From: Candidatus Thermosaccharophagus tengchongensis
Lineage (GTDB): Bacteria; Armatimonadota; Fervidibacteria; Fervidibacterales; Thermosaccharophagaceae
Strand: one strand, 5' to 3'
Length of the DNA: 64,000 nt
Assembly: GCA_032161105.1 (NCBI GenBank)
Contig: JAVHTD010000011.1
Below are positions 9,025 through 17,244 of the stretch, one piece after another (position 1 is the stretch's first letter; every line of letters starts with the position of its first letter). The translations under genes and the position numbers were made by a program. A model generated the notes under the pieces. It was not told the DNA's origin and searched no databases. It saw only the letters and a list, made by a program, of their open reading frames with translations.

Positions 9025-10131
9025 ATGGCTGAAACTCCATCACCAAGAACGGATGGCGTAGTGCCAGCCACATTGCAAAGGCTGCGAAGGCGATCAAGCA
9101 CACCCTCAAAGCTGCCCACGATTTACCCCGCTAAAAGGAAGCGTGTGACGACCATACGGAGCATCGTTCAATTCGTCTCGTTATTGGCGATCATTTACGG
9201 TGGTTGGTTATTTCCGCATGCCATTGATACGCCATTGCCCCGCATAGAACCGGGTATCCCAAGAACGACACTTTATGAGCGCAACCGAATATTGTGGGTA
9301 TCTGGCAAAGAGGCTGTGATTGAGCTTTACCTGCCAACGCTTGCTTGCAGATTTGCGCCACGCTCGCCATTGTTCAGGTCGTGCTTTTTGCACTGCCTTT
9401 CCGAAAACCTCACATGGTTAACATCACTTAAGGTGCTGCTTCCACATATAATCTTTTTCCTCGCCTTGAGCATACTTCTGGGGCGATGGTGGTGTGGATG
9501 GGTATGCCCTCTTGGGGCAATACAGGATGCGTTAACTTGGCTCAGGCGGAAGTTCACAATTGCGCCCTTGGATTGCCCACAGCCACTTAGGCGTTTTCTG
9601 TTCAACATGCGCCATTTGCTCCTGTGGTTGGCAATAGCGATATCATTTCTCATAGCATTTCCAGCCTTTGGGAGGACGGGCGTTAATGACTCACTATTCT
9701 TGGTCTATTGTCAAATTTGTCCGGCGAGGCTTATATATCCGCTTCTTGGCGGGATAAACCCATGTTGGTATGATACCACCAACGGAATAACCATATTTCT
9801 CACAATTCTTGGCTTAATTTTCTTCGCAGCGTTTTTCGTCAGCTTCGCCATACCGAGATTCTGGTGCAGGATTTGCGCAATAGGTGCCTTACTATCCTAC
9901 TTCAATCGCGGTGCCCTTTTAACCCTTGAAAAGCAGCATAGAAAGTGCACTTCCTGTGGGGCATGCAGGAGGTGCTGCCCAATGGATATTGAGCGAGTGT
10001 ATAGGGAAAAGAGGCTAAAAATTGTGACTGACCATGAGTGCCTGCTCTGCTTCAGATGCGTTGAAATATGCCCGGAGAAAAACTGCCTTGAAGCCAAAAT
10101 CCTCGGAAAAACACTGGTGCGCTCGTTTTGA
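9025..10131 (+). CDS. NapH/MauN-like 4Fe-4S membrane protein
   Basis: GRWWCGWVCPLG, YCQICPA, RFWCRICAIG; C-terminal CTSCGACRRCCP and CLLCFRCVEICP. Confidence 0.88.
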   Translation: MAETPSPRTDGVVPATLQRLRRRSSTPSKLPTIYPAKRKRVTTIRSIVQFVSLLAIIYGGWLFPHAIDTPLPRIEPGIPRTTLYERNRILWVSGKEAVIELYLPTLACRFAPRSPLFRSCFLHCLSENLTWLTSLKVLLPHIIFFLALSILLGRWWCGWVCPLGAIQDALTWLRRKFTIAPLDCPQPLRRFLFNMRHLLLWLAIAISFLIAFPAFGRTGVNDSLFLVYCQICPARLIYPLLGGINPCWYDTTNGITIFLTILGLIFFAAFFVSFAIPRFWCRICAIGALLSYFNRGALLTLEKQHRKCTSCGACRRCCPMDIERVYREKRLKIVTDHECLLCFRCVEICPEKNCLEAKILGKTLVRSF

Positions 10132-10143
10132 GCACCCGGATAG

Positions 10144-11352
10144 CTAATGACGCCCCTTGGATGCGGCAATCCTGCCCAAAATCATCTCCAAAAATGCCTC
10201 CACTCGGTTGCGAATCTGCTGTGTATCTTCGTAAGTGTAATCGGTCGAGAGGACAAGGCATGGAACATTCCTTCGCTTCAGCTCGCTATGTATTGATGCC
10301 GATTCAATGTCAAAAAGGGGGCAAATTCTGAGATTATGATGGATGACCCCGTCAACTTGGAATTCTTCCACCAGTTGGTTCACCCGGTCTATCCTGTCCT
10401 CGTTCTCAACAAAACAAGGGCACATTGACGGCAAAAGCGTCCTTTCGGCAATTGCCCTAATCATCTCCTTCATTGACCACTCTTTAACGATCGTCGGTTG
10501 ATATAGCCTTTGCGTGCCCGAACACAAGTCATCAATTGCCACCACTGCTTTGGCAGATTCAATGATGTCTATGAGCTTAAAATTCGGGTATACCAACGGC
10601 GCACCAGTGATAAGCACCCTTGGGGCAAAAATATCGCAAATAAACTGCCCATTGCTGTGCTTTTCTTCAAGCTCCTCACAAAGGCGAAGCACCATTTCTG
10701 TCCAGCGTTCCGGATCGTCGTAAAATGAAGCCATAGTGACCATAAGTGCTTCCTTCCCGGAAATAACCGGCGGAGTTAGCTTCCTGATCTCAAGGAGGCG
10801 CATGAATGCCTCCCGGCGGCGATTCAGCACCAATATTGCCTCTTTCAAGCCATTTTTGGCCAATTTTTTCCCAGTTAGCTCCTCAAGCTTCTCCTTGAGC
10901 TTCCATACCTGCTCTACCCAAAATCTTTGCGCTTCAGTTTCATGTTTGCATGGCGGCAATTGAAGAACATGAACTTGCTTGTATGATCGGAATACATTGC
11001 ACAACTTCTTTTTTGCATCGCATGGAGTTGGGATGATAACAAAATCCAAGCGCTCAAACAATGGGTGATTGCCGACTGCCATCCCAACGGATGCTTTGGC
11101 AAGCGAGCATACATCTCTTGGAAAAACCTCCTCGCCAAGTCTTGCCAACTCAAAGTCACCGGAGCAAAGGCGCACAGGAACCGCCGAAAGCCCATAGATT
11201 ATCTCCTCTGGGACAAAGTTGCAAAAAACTCCTACAACCATCCTCGGCGATTCCTTTAGCTCCTGTATCCTTCGGTCTGTTGTAACAATTTCCCTGAAGT
11301 AAGCCATTGCTTCCATATGGAAATTGCTCCTCTTCCGATGGAATACAATCAC
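10144..11352 (-). CDS. 2-hydroxyacyl-CoA dehydratase family protein, probably double-cubane cluster protein (DCCP)-like reductase
   Basis: VGVFCNFVPEE, PRDVC, TPCDAKKK, RVLITGAP, DDLCSG, CPCF, RICPLF, QIRNRVEAFLE; GTG start overlaps stop of the activator gene (GTGA). Confidence 0.88.
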   Translation of the reverse strand: MIVFHRKRSNFHMEAMAYFREIVTTDRRIQELKESPRMVVGVFCNFVPEEIIYGLSAVPVRLCSGDFELARLGEEVFPRDVCSLAKASVGMAVGNHPLFERLDFVIIPTPCDAKKKLCNVFRSYKQVHVLQLPPCKHETEAQRFWVEQVWKLKEKLEELTGKKLAKNGLKEAILVLNRRREAFMRLLEIRKLTPPVISGKEALMVTMASFYDDPERWTEMVLRLCEELEEKHSNGQFICDIFAPRVLITGAPLVYPNFKLIDIIESAKAVVAIDDLCSGTQRLYQPTIVKEWSMKEMIRAIAERTLLPSMCPCFVENEDRIDRVNQLVEEFQVDGVIHHNLRICPLFDIESASIHSELKRRNVPCLVLSTDYTYEDTQQIRNRVEAFLEMILGRIAASKGRH

Positions 11353-12152
11353 GCATTCGCCTTTTTCTCCGACTTTTCCAAAGCAATCAAAGCCGCGCCG
11401 AGAGCGCCGACAATTTGCGGTTCTTCGGGAATGTTCATTTTGACACCAAGCAACTGAGATAAAGCCTCAATGAATCCGACATTTTTTGCCACCCCGCCTG
11501 TCACCGTCACTTCCTCAGCAATCCCGACCTTTTGTGCTAACCTCTTGACCCTTTCTGCCGCAGAAAGACACAAACCGAACAAAATATTCTCCACCCTTTC
11601 CCCCTGAGCAATCAGCGATATAACCTCACTTTCCGCAAAAACGGTGCAAACGCTGCTCAACCTGATTTGCTTTGACGCCTTCAGCGACATTGCACCAAAG
11701 TCGCCCAAATCTACCTCCAAAGCTCTCGCCATAACTTCAAAGAACCGTCCAGTCCCAGCAGCGCATTTGTCATTCATAGCAAAATCAATGACAACACCAT
11801 GCTCATCAACACGAATTGCCTTACAGTCCTGCCCGCCAATGTCTATCACAAGGCGTGTCTTTGGAAATAGGTGGGTAGCGCCAACCGCATGACAGGTTAT
11901 TTCAGTGACCGAAAACAAACGATGTTCAACACTATCACGACCATAACCTGTAGCCACAACTGCTGCCAGATCCTTGATGCTGAGTCGGTTTCTCTGGAGA
12001 GCTATGGAAAGGGCTTTATGCGCAGCTTCACGGCAAGAAGCACCAGTGGGAACAATGGCGCTTGCCACCAATTGCTTTGAAGCGTCTATAATTGCTGCCT
12101 TGCAGGAAACTGAGCCAACATCAACACCACCATAGTAGCTCATATTTGCCAT
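11349..12152 (-). CDS. ATP-dependent activator (HgdC/DCCP-R-type ASKHA ATPase with 4Fe-4S)
   Basis: GVDVGS, ATGYGR, TEITCHA, DIGGQD, MNDKCAAGTGRF, SVCTVFAESE, TGGVAKN, GALGAA. Confidence 0.95.
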   Translation of the reverse strand: MANMSYYGGVDVGSVSCKAAIIDASKQLVASAIVPTGASCREAAHKALSIALQRNRLSIKDLAAVVATGYGRDSVEHRLFSVTEITCHAVGATHLFPKTRLVIDIGGQDCKAIRVDEHGVVIDFAMNDKCAAGTGRFFEVMARALEVDLGDFGAMSLKASKQIRLSSVCTVFAESEVISLIAQGERVENILFGLCLSAAERVKRLAQKVGIAEEVTVTGGVAKNVGFIEALSQLLGVKMNIPEEPQIVGALGAALIALEKSEKKANA

Positions 12153-12745
12153 CACTCCAAGAGCATCATTTGCATTAGGAGCCGAAATGCTTCACGGCGG
12201 TTTTTCATTATGCCACACCAAGCTGCCGTGAATAAACCCGATGAGCCGTCAAACCGAATGCCCGTATCGTGCCAGCTACGCTTTCCATCCGCTTCCATGC
12301 ATTCTACCACCATACCATAGCCAGACCATCTATGTGTAACTCAACGATCGGATATTCGCCAAGCGCCTTTGTGCCATGTGCGGGCAACTCAAGCAGTATT
12401 GACCAGCTTGTCTGACACCAATCTTAGTGCTCACGGAACAGAAGCATGCTGCCATTTTCCTTACCGGCTTTCTGTAGCTCGTCAATTTCCATCCTCTCCG
12501 CTTCAACTTGTCTGCATTCGCTTTAGCAGTTGGACAAACCATAGCATCGCGTCACCTACAGGTGCAAGCGGCGGCAAGCAATACCACATCTGCACACCCA
12601 TTTGTGTCCAGTGAAGCTCTTGGTCGCTCAAACCGGCAACAACGGTGTCACCACGAATAAGAAGCTCCTTGAGCGCTAACCACTTACGCCAAACTCCCCT
12701 TTATGCCCCAACGGCATTTTGAGAACGCCACCGCTATAGTCCGTC

Positions 12746-13885
12746 TCATTTCCATTGCCTATACGCTATTTTTCGCCTGAGCTCAATGTAATAGAGGAAA
12801 TTTTCAAGTGGCACGCCCGGTTGAACAGCATGGTCAACCGTCGGAATATAGCCACCTATGTCAAGTAACGGCACAATTTTCCTCCTCAACTCCTCTTCAA
12901 TGGCTTCTTTCCCCTCGGCGAGCACCCTCTTGTCTATGCCACCACTCACTGCCAAATCACTCCGATATTCGTTGCGAATCTTGACTGGATCCATCCCTGC
13001 TGCCGCTTCTAAAGGCCAGATGCAATTAACACCTGCCTCAATCAACATCGGGATTAAAACCTCAAAATTTCCATCACTATCAAACTCAATCACCTTTACA
13101 CCATGCCTGCGCAGAAAGTCAAAGATCGCCCTATGCCTTGGAAGGAAAAACTCCCGGTAAATCTTCGGAGAAATCAGGGGTCCCGTCTTATGGGCAAAAT
13201 CCTCATTAATTATGCACGCATCAACCTCAACATCTCCCAAAGCCTCAAACACCCTCCCCGTAACCTCCATGAAATACTCAACCATCCAATCAAGAATTTC
13301 GTGAACCAATTTCGGCTGGTCGTAAAAGGCATAAGAAACACCTTCCGTCCCCATCATCAGCCTTAAATTCCAATAAAGCCCGCCAAATGCACAATTTTGG
13401 TATAGATAAAGCGGATAATCCCTGTTTCTCCACCTCTCCCTCAGCTCATCCCAGTTTTTCGGGTAGCGTGATGGCTCACCCGGGTCAAAATGCCCCTTTA
13501 ACTCCAAAAAATCCCCCCTTTTCTTGACGGGGAAGTCAAGGTAAGTATCCATGCTGAGTCTCATCCCTCTTACTGTCCCCTCCTTCAAAGCACGGCGCTT
13601 TATGCCCCAAGAGTCGGTGAAAATTACATACCTATCAGTCTCCTCAAGCACTCTGTAAAAGCCAGGAATTGGACCCATATTCAGGCTGATGAATTCCCTC
13701 CTGTCCAACTGCAGAATTTTTGTGCCACCTTTGAAAAATCCACCCTCGCGCTCCATCTCTTCCTCTGGCAAGCCTTGCGCCTTCCATTCCTCCAAAGTTT
13801 GCTCCCATGCGCCTATCTCGTGAAATGGAAAACGATCGGTCTCTTGGAGACTCATCGTCCTGAGATACCTTTCCCTGTCGGTCAT
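12746..13885 (-). CDS. Uroporphyrinogen decarboxylase (URO-D/MtaA-like) family protein
   Basis: MTDRERYL start; NEDFAHKTGPLISP, DSDGN, PLEAAAGMD, GGIDKR, GGYIPTVDHAV. Confidence 0.88.
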   Translation of the reverse strand: MTDRERYLRTMSLQETDRFPFHEIGAWEQTLEEWKAQGLPEEEMEREGGFFKGGTKILQLDRREFISLNMGPIPGFYRVLEETDRYVIFTDSWGIKRRALKEGTVRGMRLSMDTYLDFPVKKRGDFLELKGHFDPGEPSRYPKNWDELRERWRNRDYPLYLYQNCAFGGLYWNLRLMMGTEGVSYAFYDQPKLVHEILDWMVEYFMEVTGRVFEALGDVEVDACIINEDFAHKTGPLISPKIYREFFLPRHRAIFDFLRRHGVKVIEFDSDGNFEVLIPMLIEAGVNCIWPLEAAAGMDPVKIRNEYRSDLAVSGGIDKRVLAEGKEAIEEELRRKIVPLLDIGGYIPTVDHAVQPGVPLENFLYYIELRRKIAYRQWK

Positions 13886-13892
13886 TCCCTTT

Positions 13893-13979
13893 CGCCCCCT
13901 TGATTGTCAACTGATCGGTGTAGTCAACCCAACCGCCGACGGGAAGCCCCATTCCCAGTTGTGTGACTTTGATGCCAAT
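13893..13979 (-). pseudogene. recR-like C-terminal fragment (about 29 codons)
   Basis: Translates IGIKVTQLGMGLPVGGWVDYTDQLTIKGA, resembling the RecR C-terminal pattern IKVTR.A.GLPVGG.LEY.D..T; no upstream RecR domains seen. Confidence 0.55.
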
Positions 13980-14200
13980 TGGATAACCTTCAATGACCTC
14001 ATAATTGCGCAACTTCTCGCCTCTGTCAAACCTTCACCATCCTTGCCCATTGTGCCTTAACCGCAAATACGATGTGAGGAAAGAGCAGAGGCAAGGGAAC
14101 AGGCAAGGAGGACAAGGCGCTATCCAAATCAAACAAAATGGGCATACTGAAGTATCCTAATGTGGTGGGGAAAGCATAGCACCAAAGGGGTGAAGGAAAG

Positions 14201-16552
14201 ATGGCGGTCACAACGACTCTATCACGGGTTGAGCAATTGATGCTTGAGCGCGCTGGCGAGGAGCTAATGTATCCGCCAACGGAGAAGGTTGGCGTCATAG
14301 TGGTTGAGAATTTCCCAATGCTCGGCAAGCTAACGGCGCTGCGCTTCATTGAATGGGTGCAGCAAAACCCGGGTGGTGTAATCGCGCTGCCGACTGGCAA
14401 GACACCGGAGTATTTCATCAAGTGGGTGCAACATTACATCCGAAATTGGGATAACGCCGAAGTTGCTGCCGACCTTGAAGCGCATGGTGTTGACCCGTCA
14501 ATTCGCCCGGACATGAAGAGCCTTCACTTCGTGCAGATTGACGAATTTTATCCGATTGACCCAGCGCATCACAACAGCTTCAACTACTATGTCAGGCGTT
14601 TTTACATTGATGGGTTTGGGCTTGACCCGCAAAAGGCTATGCTGATTGATTGCACGCGCATCGGAATACCGCGTGGACTAAAGCTTGAAAATGTCTTTCC
14701 AGATTACGCTGTTGACCTGTCACTACGCCACAGGCGACCAAAGACGAACCTTGAGCGGTTGCAAAAGGAGGTGATTGAGAGGGTTGACCAATGGTGTGAA
14801 GAGTATGAAGCGAGGATAAGGGAGATGGGTGGTATCGGCTTCTTCCTCGGCGGCATTGGTCCGGACGGCCACATAGCATTCAACATCGCCGGTTCATCCC
14901 ACCACTCAACCACTCGCCTTACAATGACAAACTATGAAACGCAAGCTGCCGCGGCGGTTGACCTCGGCGGAATTGAAGTGGCAAAGAAGAGGGCTGTCAT
15001 AACGATAGGTTTGGCAACCATCACATACAACCCGAACTGCGTAGCCATCATAATTGCCGCTGGCGATGCGAAGGCTAAAGTTGTTAAGGACGCGATTGAG
15101 AGCGAGCCCTCAATCAAAGTTCCAGCTACAGCGCTTCACAAGCTCCCCAACGCACGCTTTTACCTCACATCCGGTGCCGCTAAGTTGCTCACCGAACGCC
15201 GAATTAACAAGCTAAGGCGCATGGGCAAGTTGCCGGAACACATTTGCGAACAGCTGCTCGTTGATACAGCCATCAAGTTGAAGAAGCGCATCACAAACCT
15301 AACGCTTGAGGAGATTGAAAGTGACAAGTTTACATCCCTGATCCTCATTGAGCGCAACGATGACGATGTCCTTAGCCTGCTCAGGCAAGTTGAGTCCGAC
15401 TTGAAGCGCAAAATTGAGGAAGGCATGCAGGTGATGCGCGGAGTAACCTTCCTGCACACTGCGCCGCACCATGATGACATTGAGCTCGGCTACCTCGCCT
15501 TTATCGTCAGGCATGTTCGTGAACCATCTAACAATCACCACTTCGCTTACATGACTTCTGGCTTCACATCTGTCACCAACTCACACATGCTTATGTTATT
15601 GGAGAAGCTCAAGCGCTTCCTAAATGAGGGTCACTTTGATGAAATGCACGCTGAGGGCTACTTCCGACCCGACAACACCGTTGGACGCAATAGGGATGTA
15701 TGGCAGTTCCTTGATGGCGTCGCCTCCGGTGATGAGTTCATGAAGGATGAAGGTGAGGCAAGGCGAATGCTGCGCATACTGATTGAGGTCTTTGAGGAGG
15801 AGAGCTTGGATGATTTGCGCAACCGAGTTGATGAGCTCATCCATTACTTCAAAACCCAATACCCGGGGCGAAAAGATTTGCCGCACATACAGCGCATCAA
15901 GGGCATGGTAAGGGAGTGGGAATCGGAATGCATGTGGGGTTACTTCGGCTTTGACTGCACATTCGTGCACCATCTGCGCCTCGGCTTCTATACGGGGGAT
16001 ATATTCAGTGAGGAGCCCGTCATAGAACGAGATGTCATACCCGTATTGGAACTCATTCGTGAAGTTAAACCCGATGTCGTTACAGTGGCTCTTGACCCGG
16101 AGGGAGCCGGGCCGGATGCGCATTACAAGGTCATGCAAATCATGGCGGAGGCATTGAAGATGTATGAGCGCGAAAGTGGGCGGAGCAACTTGCAAGTGAT
16201 TGGATATAGGAATGTCTGGACTCGCTTTCATCCATCGGAAGCGAATTTGTTTGTGCCAGTCTCACTCAACATGTTCGCCATATTGCAGAACTCATTCAGG
16301 AATGCCTTCGCATCGCAATGGGAAGCATCTTTCCCAAGCTATGAGTATGAAGGACCATTTTCCGAATTGGCGCAGCTCATTCAGGTGGAACAGTATCGCG
16401 CTTTAAAGACATGCCTTGGGCGTGAGTTCTTCTACTTCCATCGCGCGCCGCTCATTCGAGCAACGAGGGGCTTTGTGTTCCTGCGAAAAATGAGCTTGGA
16501 AGAGTTCTACCAATACGCTGGCGAATTGCGGCGGGCAATATGCGGCTCATGA
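14201..16552 (+). CDS. nagB: Glucosamine-6-phosphate deaminase fused to LmbE/PIG-L-like deacetylase domain
   Basis: LPTGKTP, VQIDEFYP, GGIGPDGHIAFN; C-terminal APHHDD and DPEGAGPDAH motifs. Confidence 0.88.
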   Translation: MAVTTTLSRVEQLMLERAGEELMYPPTEKVGVIVVENFPMLGKLTALRFIEWVQQNPGGVIALPTGKTPEYFIKWVQHYIRNWDNAEVAADLEAHGVDPSIRPDMKSLHFVQIDEFYPIDPAHHNSFNYYVRRFYIDGFGLDPQKAMLIDCTRIGIPRGLKLENVFPDYAVDLSLRHRRPKTNLERLQKEVIERVDQWCEEYEARIREMGGIGFFLGGIGPDGHIAFNIAGSSHHSTTRLTMTNYETQAAAAVDLGGIEVAKKRAVITIGLATITYNPNCVAIIIAAGDAKAKVVKDAIESEPSIKVPATALHKLPNARFYLTSGAAKLLTERRINKLRRMGKLPEHICEQLLVDTAIKLKKRITNLTLEEIESDKFTSLILIERNDDDVLSLLRQVESDLKRKIEEGMQVMRGVTFLHTAPHHDDIELGYLAFIVRHVREPSNNHHFAYMTSGFTSVTNSHMLMLLEKLKRFLNEGHFDEMHAEGYFRPDNTVGRNRDVWQFLDGVASGDEFMKDEGEARRMLRILIEVFEEESLDDLRNRVDELIHYFKTQYPGRKDLPHIQRIKGMVREWESECMWGYFGFDCTFVHHLRLGFYTGDIFSEEPVIERDVIPVLELIREVKPDVVTVALDPEGAGPDAHYKVMQIMAEALKMYERESGRSNLQVIGYRNVWTRFHPSEANLFVPVSLNMFAILQNSFRNAFASQWEASFPSYEYEGPFSELAQLIQVEQYRALKTCLGREFFYFHRAPLIRATRGFVFLRKMSLEEFYQYAGELRRAICGS

Positions 16553-16578
16553 TAACAACTCAAGGTGGTGGTGAGAAC

Positions 16579-17244
16579 ATGAAGAGCGTAAGCGCTTTCT
16601 CTTACATTCGGAGTGCATGCTTGGTATGTGCGCTGACTCTAAGCCTTTCTGGAGCTGTCAAAATCCCTTCGGCTTTAAAGCCTCATGCAATTGCGGAAGC
16701 GAAGCGCATGCCAAACCAAATAACCAACTTGAGTTCTTTCGCCTTCGGTGCCGTTGAGAAAGCGGTGAACCTCATATCCAACTCATCGTTTGAGATGCTG
16801 AAAAGGGTTGGCACCACAGCAAAGCCGATGCCGGATGGTTGGCAACTTTACATCATAGCCCTCCCAGCGGAAGGCTATTGCGATGAGGCGAAAGCTGTAT
16901 CGGGCAAACGCTCCTTCAAGTTCTCGCTCTCAGAGAAGGGAAAAGCCTTCCTACACTCGCACGCATTTGATGTGGAGCCGAACGCGCAATATCGCGTTCG
17001 GTTCTTCTCCTGTGGCAGCGGGGTTATCTCCGCTGAAATGCTGTGGTGGCAGTCATATCCCGCACCACTCATGCAGTCCAAACGGCATAGAGATGCAAAG
17101 GAGGAAATTAAGCTCACCGACAAATGGCAGCAGGTTGAGGCGACATTTACAGCACCTGAAGATGCAAAGAGGGCATACTTGCGCATTGCCGCAAGAGATG
17201 GTGATGTGTGGGTGGACGATGTTGAGGTGATAAGGCTACCTTAG
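16579..17244 (+). CDS. Secreted CBM4/9-like carbohydrate-binding protein
   Basis: Signal peptide; NLISNSSFE, WQQVEATFTAP, VWVDDVEV. Confidence 0.75.
   Translation: MKSVSAFSYIRSACLVCALTLSLSGAVKIPSALKPHAIAEAKRMPNQITNLSSFAFGAVEKAVNLISNSSFEMLKRVGTTAKPMPDGWQLYIIALPAEGYCDEAKAVSGKRSFKFSLSEKGKAFLHSHAFDVEPNAQYRVRFFSCGSGVISAEMLWWQSYPAPLMQSKRHRDAKEEIKLTDKWQQVEATFTAPEDAKRAYLRIAARDGDVWVDDVEVIRLP

Noticed and set aside
447..10131. Periplasmic nitrate reductase (nap) or methylamine (mau) operon
   Set aside because: No NapA/NapB or MauA/B catalytic subunits; only the generic ferredoxin modules are present
12746..13885. hemE call
   Set aside because: Lacks the HemE-type RQAGR motif; belongs to the broader URO-D/MtaA-like family
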